Of a DNA stretch of 64,000 bases, positions 51,421 through 63,750 are shown piece by piece. Numbering within the stretch: the stretch's first letter is position 1; every line of letters begins with the position of its first letter. Source of the DNA: Haliotis rubra. Its lineage: Eukaryota. Position numbers and translations under genes: made by a program. The notes under the pieces are model-generated. The model was not told the DNA's origin. It did no database searches and was given only the letters and a program-made list of their open reading frames with translations. The stretch spans positions 2,666,001-2,730,000 of the forward strand of contig NW_025767135.1 of the NCBI RefSeq assembly GCF_003918875.1. The letters run 5' to 3'.

Positions 51421-53859
51421 CAGGTTGCAGTGACCAGAGAGGCTGATACTTGGGCTGTGAAAATATATCATTTAGTATAAACAAGCAACAACATATAATC
51501 CGTAAAGTTAAAAAAAAAATATATTGCTACATTAAGGGCTATAGAATTATACATAGAAAAGGGCTAGTTGAAAGGGAAAGTAATATGTTTCAGGTACTGT
51601 GGGACAGAACACGTAGAGACTAGATTCAATGTAATTGATCAATAGTGATTATAACAGTTATTGGACATTTTCATTTGTTATCATAAGCAAGTTAATTCAA
51701 CAACATTTGTCAAATGTTTTCATTGCAGATTCTAGATGTTAGTGCAGACAAACCTAGAAACATAATAAAATATGAAAAACTCCCAGTTCTGAATTTGTGT
51801 CTGTTGGGGATTTGATGCTTTGCAGGAACGTTTTACTGACATCTACCACAGCACCCGAACATCATGGTGGCACAGTCAGTTCAGGAAGCACAAACTGTTT
51901 TGATTTGTAATTTGTGGTAAGTTTATTGAAGCTATGAAGTATCAGTATTATGAAAGCAGCTATTAAATTATATACAGTAAACTATGTATATAGCGAACCC
52001 TCTTATAACAATTGATGGATATTACTGTGTTTTGGTTAGTTGGTTATTTGCTATATTTAGCGCCAATCAGGGCTATACACACAACTAAGGTATTTCGGCA
52101 ATGTTATGGGGTAGTACACAAAAAACGCTTATTAACACAATGAGGGGAATCTGCTAAAAACTTTAAATTTTGAAAGAGTGGTGTTACTGTTTTTCATAAT
52201 CACAATGCATATTATATGTCATGAAGAAGTGATAATTGTGTTTTAATTAAAAACCAAAAAAACAACTACCCCAAAAACAACAACTGAGTATTAAGGGAGG
52301 CCGAATTAGAAAGGTAAAAAATATGAAATAGGTAAAGAGTAATAGAGATTTGGAATTTAATGTAGACGTAGTATAATAAATGGTTATTGTTATTGTTTAC
52401 AAATATATTTATTAAGTGAATAATGATGAACATATAAAAGGTTAAAAGATGAAGTTGATAAAAGAGAGAACTCCTTTGAAAAGTTAAAAGAACATATATA
52501 CATATTTATAACAATTTTTAAAATGGTAAAAAGTGGAATTATTGTATTATTGTTTTTGTTGCTAGATTGTTTGGTATAATTTTGTATGAGATAATTTGGG
52601 AGTAGTTTAATTAATTTGGGGTTTGTTAGAATGAATGTTTTTTGGTCCTAGCCACTTATATTAAATTTGGATTGGCATGTGTATTACAAATGGTTATAAC
52701 AAACTAAACTTTGTTCTTATTTGAGTTTGTTATAACTTAAATATAATTTTGTTTTCCTTCCTTTGTTTAACATGAAGTTGAATGTGAAAAATGTTGCACT
52801 CTGTGACCCTTGTTGCTGCTAGTGACATTGCGATGTGTATCTGACAAGCGGAGTGGGTGTTATTATGTCATTGATAAATACTTATATATACTACATCTGA
52901 GGTCAGTGAGCTGATGATTGGTTGATTGGGTCCTCAGGCCAAATGTACTGGTCAGTGCATAGGTCAGTGAGGGTATGTTGATAACTGTTGTATAACGGGA
53001 TGAAATGGGCTTATGTGGCTTAGCGAAACCTGTGAAAACTGACACCAATGGCAACCTCAGACATACATTCTACTTAAAAGAAGTAACAACAGAGTATAGG
53101 CTGAAAGACATGGGAGTTACAATTTGATATCCCTTTGCCCGGACATTTGGTTTCAATTTCTTTTGAGTATAACTACTGTATAAAAATATTCCAGCTGTAA
53201 AAAACGTTGTCTGTAGATAGTCCCGGCTGGACCAGACAATCCAGTGTTTGGGATTGTGAGAATCAAATCACACTGTTGGGTACAAGGACATATCATCAAC
53301 CAAGTCACTAAGTCTGACCACCCAATCCATGAACCATCCAATCCACAAACCACCCAATCCACAAATCACCTCTTACAACCAAAATAGGTGGCTGGGAAGC
53401 AAACCTGGAACATTTCAAGTACAAGGTGTGGTACAACAGTAACATTTGGAAATAATAGGCATCCATTTGCAAAGATTTTCATTCAGACATTTTCTAAAAA
53501 AGACAAAAGTGAAGTGTAATGGAGCAGGAATCAATCCCTGCAGAGGTTCTGTTGAAGATGGAGCTTGAATGAGAATAGATAGCTGAGTATGGAAAAACAA
53601 TAGCCTTGAAACCACAGGCGATTATAACCACATCATGGTGTCAGGTACTGTCTTCTCTCAAAACCATTTCAGATTAGCTTCGTCAGTTTCAAGAAGACAG
53701 ATGTCGTTGCTGTCACTGGCAGTTCACGTCAGTGGGATCAGCATGAAATGGACATCAGTGTGCTGACTGTAACATGATGTCATTCACACTTGACAGGAGA
53801 GTAGTATTATCAGACTTTATAACATCAGTACATCTTGGGCAAATAGTCAGGATGCTCTC

Positions 53860-55325
53860 TGTAACATCAATACAAACACCATCAACAAATACTCATGATG
53901 TTAACTGTGAGATCAGTGCAAACACCATCAGCAAATATTCAGGATGTTAACTGTACGATCAGTGCAAACACCATCAGCAAATATTCAGGATGTTAACTGT
54001 ACGATCAGTGCAAACACCATCAACAAATATTCAGGATGTTAACTGTATGATCAGTGCAAACACCATCAACAAATATTCAGGATGTTAACTGTACGATCAG
54101 TGCAAACAAATACAGGATGTTAACATCATCAACAAATATTCAGGATGTTAACTGTACGATCAGTGCAAACACCATCAACAAATATTCAGGATGTTAACTG
54201 TATGATCAGTGCAAACACCATCAACAAATATTCAGGATGTTAACTGTACGATCAGTGCAAACACCATCAACAAATATTCAGGATGTTAACTCAGGATGTT
54301 AACTGTATGACGATCAGTGCAAACACCATCAACAAATATTCAGGATGTTAACTGTATGATCAGTGCAAATACCATCAACAAATATTCAGGATGTTAACTG
54401 TATGATCAGTGCAAATACCATCAACAAATATTCAGGATGTTAACTGTATGATCAGTGCAAACACCATCAACAAATATTCAGGATGTTAACTGTGAGATCA
54501 GTGCAAACATCAACAAATATTCAGGATGTTAACTGTATGATCAGTACAAACACCATCAGCAAATATTCATGATGTTAACTGTGAGATCAGTGCAAATACC
54601 ATCAACAAATATTCAGGATGTTAACTGTATGATCAGTGCAAACACCATCAACAAATATTCAGGATGTTAACTGTATGATCAGTGCAAACACCATCAACAA
54701 ATATTCAGGATGTTAACTGTATGAGATCAGTGCAAACACCATCAACAACAAATGTGAGATCAGTGCAATGTCATCAAATTCATGATGTTAACTGTATGAT
54801 CAGTGCAAAACACCACCAACAAATATTCAGGATGTTAACTGTGAGATCGAGGATGTTAACTGTATGATCAGTGCAAACACCATCAACAAATATTCAGGAT
54901 GTTAACTGTACGATCAGTGCAAACACCATCAACAAATATTCAGGATGTTAACTGTATGATCAGTGCAAACACCATCAACAAATATTCATGATGTTAACTG
55001 TATGATCAGTGCAAACAACATCAGCAAATATTCAGGATGTTAACTGTGAGATCAGTGCAAACACCATCAACAAATATTCAGATGTTAACTGTATGATGTT
55101 AAAACACCATCAACAAATATTCAGGATGTTAACAAACACCATCAACAAATATTCAGGATGTTAACTGTATGATCAGTGAAAACACCATCAACAAATATTC
55201 ATGATGTTAACTGTGAGATCAGTGCAAACACCATCAACAAATATTCATGATGTTAACTGTACGATCAGTGCAAACACCACCAACAAATACTCAAAAACAT
55301 CATTAGCAAATATTCAGGATGTTCA
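53860..55325. repeat. 46-bp minisatellite, ~30 copies
   Basis: aaacaccatcaacaaatattcaggatgttaactgtatgatcagtgc. Confidence 0.97.
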
Positions 55326-55865
55326 TCATATAGGCACATCATTGACTTAAGGTCATGAACAAACACAAGTCTGACTCTGACTGACACCCAGCCATCTCAA
55401 TATCAGATTAAACCTATGGACATTTCCATGTCATAAGGGGGATGATATCAATTTATCTCTGTTGCCTTCAGTTCTAGGCAGGTTTTTCGTCCTGTCAGAA
55501 CATCAAAGAGTGCAAATTTAATTTGAACATAAAATTCTAAATCTGTGAACAGGATATAAAATATGATTTTTGCATATTTAAAAATAGACAATTTAAGAAA
55601 ACCAGTCTTGACTTGAGGCATGAGAATGAGCTCTGCTATGTTTACACCAGCGTATCTCACTCATTGCTTGTGTAACCACCTCTATGTGGATAAAGCACCT
55701 ATCAAGAGAGTAGAAGGATTTGGGTTCAACCTCAGGCACATCCTACCAAAACACCTGGTGTTCAACATTAGGGATAAAAGAAGGACTCAGGTTTCAAGGG
55801 GTAGCCATGTTAAAACTGTGGCCAGCACAACAGAACTGACCACCCCATGTTAGTCTGAGAGGAGG

Positions 55866-56113
55866 TGGTGGTGGTGGTGGAATTGGGTTTAACGTCGTGC
55901 TTGAGAATATTTCGCTCATATGACGACGTGCATGCGTGTGTATGTGTATGTGCGGCTGCTTGTACTAGCCCAGACTTAAGCTGGTTTTATAGTGCTAGCC
56001 CACTGAGATACCATGCCGCAGTGAAGCATGAATACCCCACTCAGACACATTATACTGACTCCGAGCCGACCAGTCCTTGTTGTACCCATTAATGCCGAGC
56101 GCCAGGCAGGGAC
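55866..56113 (-). mobile_element. SINE family C (Meta-type), 5'-truncated
   Basis: Near-identical to 17489 copy; TSD TCTGAG(A/G)GGAGG 55854-55865 and 56114-56125. Confidence 0.9.
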
Positions 56114-56267
56114 TCTGAGGGGAGGCTAAACATAGAAAGGTGTTTTAAAAGCATGATCTGTAGTACTTAGGTTTTCATTGTTACTGTATGGCTATGATTG
56201 ATGCTCAGATTATCAGCCACTGGTTTATCACCTGGCCAATATTCAAATGGTACTGACTGGTGGATTA

Positions 56268-56446
56268 GTGAGTGAGTGAGTGAGTGAGTTTAGTTTTACG
56301 CTGCTTTTAGCAATATTCCAATATCAATATCATGGCTGGGGACACCTGAGAAATGGGCTTCACACATTGCACCCATGTGGGGAATCGAACCTGGATCTTC
56401 AGCATGGTGAGCAGCCACTTTAACCATTAGGCTACCCCCACCGCCC
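56268..56446 (-). mobile_element. SINE family A, (ACTC)n tail
   Basis: Reverse complement of family A. Confidence 0.88.
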
Positions 56447-57145
56447 GACTGGAATTTGCAAATAAACCAATCATTGCAATCTCATTGAGAATACTACATT
56501 ATTTTGGTTAAACAAGGATGACCAATTGAATCACCATAGGACATAATTGAATTCAGTTTCCAGTGTCAAATTAATTTGAGTTCAAAGCATGAGGAATTAA
56601 AGAAACATTTTTTTTCTAATTCAGTAATTAAATTATATTGTTCCCTAATCTGAAAAACTTTCAACAATTCTTCCTTAACACAGCAAGTTGTAGCTTTCCA
56701 AGGAATGGTTGGTGTTTGTGTAGAAGGATGATGATCACTCATATTTGTACCCAGAAACAGCTCCACCTGTCCTCCGAGACAGGTAGACAGGTGTGTTAAC
56801 GACTGTGACAGGTAAACAACTAGTTTGGGCTCAGTTCCGTGTTCAGATGTACAGACAATGACAAACTGAGTTACGTCTACATGTAATGGAGTACATGGAC
56901 AGATGATAGCATCAAAGTGATGGAGATCAAATTTATTGCCTAGAGGGTTATGTCTTAGGCTTCTGAGATGTATATTCATTGCAGAGTGAGTGAGTGAGTG
57001 AGTGAGTGAGTGAGTGCCCTTGTAGAGATAGACAGAATTCAGCCATATAATTATTTGGAAGGTGTGTTAAATTCAATGCTTCAAACATTCACCTCAATCA
57101 TTTATGTTCATTACAGATTATGATACTCTAACACTGAAAAACACA

Positions 57146-57333
57146 TAATAATAATATACATAATGATAATAAAGCCACTTATATATTGCTTCACATGACA
57201 CGGGCAAACCCTAAACACATATAACTAAAAAGATTAACAATTATCAGCTTTTAAGTAACAGATGGGTCTTTAGGCCAGATTTAAAGGCTGTCGAAGAAGT
57301 TGTGCATCTGAGGTGAAGGGGAAGAGAGTTTCA
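57146..57333 (-). mobile_element. L2-clade LINE extreme 3' fragment
   Basis: Minus-strand NSLPLHLRCTTSSTAFKSGLKTHL, (TAT)n tail. Confidence 0.75.
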
Positions 57334-57727
57334 TGGCATTATTTTATCTCCTAATTTGTTATTCTACATGACTTGTCTGTGATAATCTTTGGACTTTTTA
57401 TACCAAGTAGTTTATGGAAATATTCATATCCTCTAACAGAATATTCATCTCTTGTATATGGTTTCCATGGTAAAGTGATAATGAGGTTTGTAAGAGGATA
57501 TGAACAAATAGACAAAAACATCACTGTTATTGTTTTCATGAATAACAAATGTGTGCATAAAAATATTATCTACTGACATGATGTCTCAGTTTCAATGCTG
57601 TTTCAGAGAAGACATAAAATATTCTTAAACAAACAATTAAACAACTGAAGGACAATGGACAATAAGATCTGATTATTGACACTCTCAATAACACTCTCTA
57701 CTCCCTTGAATATGAAAAAACAACATA

Positions 57728-57945
57728 GGCCAGACCAATTATATTTCTTGTTTTATGGATTTTTGTCCTCATAAAACCTACTGGCAGGAGGGGAAAAAAG
57801 CAAACAAAAAAATCCCACCAGTCAAACAAAAACCCATTGGGATTTTTTTTTTTTTCGATTTGTGAAAATTTATTTTTTTTTTTTTCTTATTCTTGAAAAA
57901 ATAGGACCGCGCATCCATAAAACAAGAAATAAAATTGGTCTGGCC
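57728..57945. mobile_element. Second GGCC-ended MITE (family of 48426), shorter
   Basis: GGCCAGACCAATT..TTCTTGTTTTATGGAT / ATCCATAAAACAAGAA..AATTGGTCTGGCC. Confidence 0.87.
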
Positions 57946-58739
57946 TAATCAATATTATCAAGGCCTAGGATTACTGTCTCAAGTTTATAGTGATAATTAA
58001 TCTTACCATTATATAATGATTTTAAAGTTTATTAATCATGTCATGATGTGAAGTGATGCTCATTTGCTGTGTAGTGAATGTCACTGATAATGGATTACAT
58101 CTTCCACCCCACCCTGGCCTCAAACCACTCGTCAATAACTTTCTGAAGTCTCCCTCCGCCTTTTATATTATACACTGGATTTCCTGTTTTGTTCTCTGGG
58201 TGTCACGATGTTTGGTTAAAATAATTTTATTCTACTGTCATATTTTACATCTTTAATCACTCTCATGATGGTTAGGTATATAAGTGTGCTTTGCTTTAAA
58301 GGCGACATAATGGTAATTGTCAAATTACTGCATGCATGTTTGTTTCTTAGGTGGAATGTTTTAAAAGTTAATTTAGAATTAATTTTCGACAAAAACAGGT
58401 GCTAAGTTGTAATATCAGTACAATGCATTATTTTTCATATTTCTGAGAATTGTTTCTTGTGGATATAACAAAATTCTGTATTCTTCTCTTCATCCAAAAC
58501 GTTGGAACTGAAATTTCCTTTATCAGATAATGCAAAGAAATCTTTTCTTTGATGTATGCATTAATATAGATAATATTGCCTTGATATGATTTATAATTCA
58601 TACAGTTCTTAGCTTATTTTTTTGAGGAGGACATAGTTTATCATTTGTGCCTAAATTAACATCAGATCACAATAAACAATGTGTTTTCAGAAAGAAAAAC
58701 TGAATGATGTACTTATAACTGTCCTTTCTCTAAGCTCTT

Positions 58740-59104
58740 GCAGTAGGGTAGCCTAATAGTTAAAGTGTCTGCTTGTCACACTTAAGTCTTGTGTTTGATT
58801 CCCCACATGGGCACAATGTATGAAGCACATTCCTGTTGCACCCTGCCATGATATTGCTGGAATATTGCTAAAAGCACATAAAACCCAACTCACTCACTTA
58901 CAAAAACTGTATTTACTGGGGATGTGATTTCCCCGGTAATAAGTACAAGAATGTACAATGTTCTGTAGCTTCTTTTGGGTACTATGTATCATTGCATTTG
59001 ACCCCATTGCATAGATTGATGCTCATGTTGTTTATCACTGGATTGTCTGGTCAAGACTAGATTATTTAACTTGAATATTGCTGACAAACAAACAAGCAAG
59101 CAAA
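58740..59104 (+). mobile_element. Diverged SINE A (58740-58898) followed by family B 3' fragment (58980-59104)
   Basis: Similarity to A and B consensus sequences. Confidence 0.78.
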
Positions 59105-59167
59105 CATTGCATATGACAAATTAACCACAGAAATATGAAAGAACTGGGTGTACTTTAACTTCTTGTA

Positions 59168-59223
59168 CTGACTGAGTTTGGTTTTACACCACTTTTAGCA
59201 ATATTCCAGCAACATCACGGCGA
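59168..59223 (-). mobile_element. Severely 5'-truncated SINE A (tail only)
   Basis: TSD AACTTCTTGTA 59157-59167 and 59224-59234. Confidence 0.85.
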
Positions 59224-60024
59224 AACTTCTTGTAAGTATTAATGGCAGCATAGAGAATACAGCATTGCATGGCAACATAAGGTAGTAAAACGTCCCACAA
59301 CACATTGTATCAGTTGTAAACAATATTTTGGAACAGATACAAGCAGTCAATTAACCCTTGTTTGTGTTGATGTCGTAATGATTTTTGGCTGACAAAGGTG
59401 TCACAAATCTATAGCAATGTTGACAACATCAGCTGTTGGCGTGTTTAAAGATACATGTTCAGGGATGCAAGGTACAAATACAGGCCAGGTAACATGTGTA
59501 TCAATCCTACCAGACCGGCAAATCAATGCCGCAATGCTGGGAAGAAAACAAAAGCCTGAAGAATGACCTCCGTCAAAGCTTATGTATTCGTTATGATTGA
59601 TCTCACCTGTGATGTTGACAGACCTGAGGTCTGTGCCAGTTTCTGCATCTTGTTGATGCTGATGTCAGCAACAAACAACAGACTGAGTGGTATGGCATTG
59701 ACGAAGATGCTGGTTATAATGACAGTTTTGCCTGCAGATGCCATCGAGATGTTTTATAATGTCACAGTAGTGTTGACCATTTTTTGGATAAACTTGATTT
59801 TGTTTAAGTTCATTCAGTGGGTGAGATAGGCAAAGATAGCGGGATAAACAGAGACTAGACGTGTCAAGTCAGCAATATAAGCATGTATGCATTGTAAGCT
59901 GAAACAGCTGAGAGTTTAGCCTGCGTTGACATTTAAGGGGGTGCCAACAGCTCAGTCAATCTGCCGTCCCAGCAAGTATGAATGAAGTCATTAATACTCC
60001 ACAGTGGTTGTTGGTTAGCTCAAA

Positions 60025-60026
<2 letters not shown>

Positions 60027-60100
<74 letters not shown>
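60027..60100. repeat. (GAT)n microsatellite
   Basis: Perfect trinucleotide run; poly-Met ORF is an artefact. Confidence 0.97.
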
Positions 60101-60364
60101 TCATATCCCACAACCAACCAATCAAATTACAGGGGGAGAGGGTGGTCCTGGGGATTTATATGAAGTCTAGATGTTTTTCTAACTACAACCAGGTATTATA
60201 TTTTTTTCTATAAAAGAATGAGTGTAAAATAAAAAAGAATAGACAGCATCTTGCAACATATGTTTGGTGGCAGACAGTTTAAATTGTTTTTCAACAGTCT
60301 CAGCATATTTCTCTTCAGCAGCCTAAGTAAGCATAATTATTTTCAAACACTATCTATAACAATA

Positions 60365-60518
60365 CTGACAAATTTATGGAAACAACTTCTTTATTTTGTC
60401 ACTGTGACATTTTGGTACAGATTCTTGAACTGTTGTGTGAATCTGTACTGAAATGTCAAACTCATAAAATGAAAGAAGTTGTTATCCATACATTTGTCTG
60501 TATTGTACCTCCCAACTT
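60365..60518. mobile_element. Penelope-like insertion made of two opposed terminal fragments (~150-bp hairpin)
   Basis: Arms gacattttggtacagattc / gaatctgtactgaaatgtc and acaacttcttt / aaagaagttgt; TSD CTATCTAT(A/G)ACAATA 60350-60364 and 60519-60533. Confidence 0.72.
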
Positions 60519-61319
60519 CTATCTATGACAATATATTTTTTTCAATTAAATTCCATGCCCCATTATCCCACCAAACAGTCAAACCCTAACCTCTTTTCAA
60601 CTTAAAGAAAAATTGAATAGTACAGTCACATGTTTCATTGAACAAGATACAGAAATAGACATTTTAAATGTACGACGCAACCAAGTGGAATTATATGCAA
60701 CCGTAGGTGCTCGTGCAAATATATATCTATGCACATCCACCATTGAGAAGATTGTATAGAGAGAAGATTGTGTACTGACTCATGGGGCATTGTCAGTTTT
60801 GCATTGAGATAAGTCCTCTTCAAGCAAATACTGCTGTAATTATTTCTCCATTATGTAGATGCTTTCATTATGCAATACATTTCTGTGGTGCGAATAATGG
60901 GGATGTTCACTGATCTACACACAACAAGGTCACCTGGTATATATTCAGGTGTGATCCTGTCTACGGAGAATCTGTATAGGTATACAGACTGACAAACTTC
61001 TCCTGAGGTTTAGTTTTTCTATTAAGTCTGACCTCTGTATGATATTTATGTGCATAAATCTTAGGCTCTACACAATTGAGTTTAAGAAGAGTGAATTCCG
61101 ACTTTCTATTAAAGCTGTGTGTGTTGTAGCTTGAAATAGATATGACTTTCTGTGTATGTCATATGTTTGTTGTAGGTCTGACGTTACTGACAACATCTTC
61201 ATTTATTCTAGGTCCGTGTATGGAAGTTTTGAGGTTTCTGTATATTTTGGAATTAAAGGACTGGTGCCAAATGTTTTTATCAAATGAATAGTGCCCAATG
61301 TTCATGCCCTATCTTTTAA

Positions 61320-61482
61320 GATAACAACTTCTTTATTTCGTGTATATATCTCCTCCACTTCATGTATCACTCTTGCTTGACAACAGTACAAGAATCTGTA
61401 TCGAAACGTCGCACTCACGAAATAAAGAAGTTGTTATCCATAGAAAATTGTTCTTTATTGTACGTCTCAACTTCTAAAATGC
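61320..61482 (+). mobile_element. Penelope-like terminal fragment with minimal hammerhead (U3-A8 variant) and inverted arm
   Basis: Perfect 23-bp IR 61320-61342 / 61416-61438; TGC-TTGACAA-c-agtaca agaatc tgtatc-GAAAC-GTC-GCA at 61374-61413. Confidence 0.75.
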
Positions 61483-62766
61483 CTCAGTGCAGCTTCACAC
61501 CATTCACCCTACATACATACCCCTGTACTTTTATCTCAAGCTATAATCTGGCCATATGTTTATTACCAGAACAACCCCAAAACACAAAACACCTCTACAG
61601 TGCCCCAAACAACCCCACCCCACCCCACCTCAACACACATACTGCTATTATGTCCACCTCTCAATATTACTGATCATCTTGGCCTGCCCTCAACTTTTCA
61701 CAGACACGCTCTATCTCTTTCTCATTCTCACACACTCACCAAGTCACATACACTCATGCACACACATTCACTCTCACATGCACACACACAAACTCTCTCT
61801 CTCACCCCCACTGACTATCCCACCCTGCTACACCCTTGCCACCATGGTCCCCCAGTACACCCTCCTACTCAGACACCAATCATGTCAATCACCATACCCT
61901 TCACTCAATATAATCCCATATAAGCTGTGAACATCTTCTACACTGACTTCAAATGCTATATAATGTTTAACTTTTCTAAATTTGTATTCCATTCATTGAA
62001 TCCCAACTTGTATTGACTGTGTATTTGTGTACCTTTCTCAAGGCAGCCAATTTGTGTCTGTTTATCCCAAAGGTTTCACTCATGCATTACAAGGAGGCCG
62101 ACATGCTTCACCATGAACAAAAAGTACCTCCCATAAGGACGACATTTCAAATAGGGAATTTGTTAATAAAACCCAGCCATACTCTTTTAAGCATATCAGC
62201 CTTTATATGCGTGAGTAAAAGGACACTAGTCTGAGGACAGGCACAACACAGGACTATGCTTGAGTGGACCTGAATTCATTCACAAACACCGATCGTATAG
62301 AACCCATTCATTCAGGAAAACTGGTGGGCATATCGAAGAAGACATGAATGAACATGGGGGCAGCTGTTTAAAAAGATCGGGGTGGAGGGGAGCTGAAGGG
62401 TAAGGGGTGTACGTGGGACGGAGATGTGTTAGATAAGTATGGTCGGTCATATGGGTTGGTTGAGCCTGTGTGTGGGTCGGGATGGGGGTGGTGGGGATGG
62501 GGGCGTAGGGGGTGCTTGTTAATGGAAGACAGTGTTATCTCAGAATCTTCAGAATCTCACATTGCCTAAGGTGTGTATGTATTCTGTAGGACAACCTTTG
62601 TAAACTTATCATTGATATGTGTGGGTAATTGTTGTTTTCCTTGCCCCTGGTTGCTTTGCCTTGGTTTTTCAATTTCATCTGTACCCAGAGAGGTAATATC
62701 TGTCCTTCACATCAAGATTTATTACTATGGGGACATGTCTCACATGCATTACTTGTCCTAGGATCC

Positions 62767-63750
62767 TGTCAGACTTATTGCAGGTCCCATCTCAGTAAAC
62801 CATCAGTTGTCAGACTTATTGCAGGTCCCATCTCAGTAAACAGACAGTTGTCAGACTTATTGCAGGTGCCATCTCAGTAGACCATCAGTTGTCAGACATA
62901 TTGCAAGTCCCATCTGTCAGACTTATTGCAGGTCCCATCTCAGTAAACCAGTTGACAGTTGTCAGACTTATTGCAGGTCCCATCTCAGTAAACCAACAGT
63001 TGTCAGACTTATTGCAGGACCCATCTCAGTAAACCAACAGTTGTCAGACTTATTGCAGGTCCCATCTCAGTAAACCAACAGTTGTCAGACTTATTGCAGG
63101 TCCCATCTCAGTAAACCATCAGTTGTCAGACTTATTGCAGGTCCCATCTCAGTAAACCAACAGTTGTCAGACTTATTGCAGGTCCCATCTCAGTAAACCA
63201 ACAGTTGTCAGACTTATTGCAGGTGCCATCTCAGTAAACCATCAGTTGTCAGACTTATTGCAGGTCCCATCTCAGTAAAACCAACAGTTGTCAGACTTAT
63301 TGCAGGTCCCATCTCAGTAAACCAACAGTTGTCAGACTTATTGCAGGTCCCATCTCAGTAAACCAACAGTTGTCAGACTTATTGCAGGTCCCATCTCAGT
63401 AAACCATCAGTTGTCAGACTTATTGCAGGTCCCATCTCAGTAAACCAACAGTTGTCAGACATATTGCAGGTCCCATCTCAGTAAACCAACAGTTGTCAGA
63501 CTTATTGCAGGTCCCATCTCAGTAAACCAACAGTTGTCAGACATATTGCAGGTCCCATCTCAGTAAACCAACAGTTGTCAGACATATTGCAGGTGCCATC
63601 TCAGTAAACCAACAGTTGTCAGACATATTGCAGGTCCCATCTCAGTAAACCAACAGTTGTCAGACTTATTGCAGGTCCCATCTCAGTAAACCAACAGTTG
63701 TCAGACTTATTGCAGGTCCCATCTCAGTAAACCAACAGTTGTCAGACATA
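62767..63750. repeat. 41-bp minisatellite, ~24 highly homogeneous copies
   Basis: gttgtcagacttattgcaggtcccatctcagtaaaccaaca. Confidence 0.97.

Noticed and set aside
52300-52760. Possible decayed L1/Tx1 3' end
   Set aside because: Only compositional resemblance; no diagnostic motif recoverable.
59978-60163. Poly-Met ORF
   Set aside because: (GAT)n microsatellite.
62767-63750. CRISPR-like regular array (also 53860-55325 and 45880-46251)
   Set aside because: Units abut with no unique spacers, there are no cas genes, and the context is eukaryotic.
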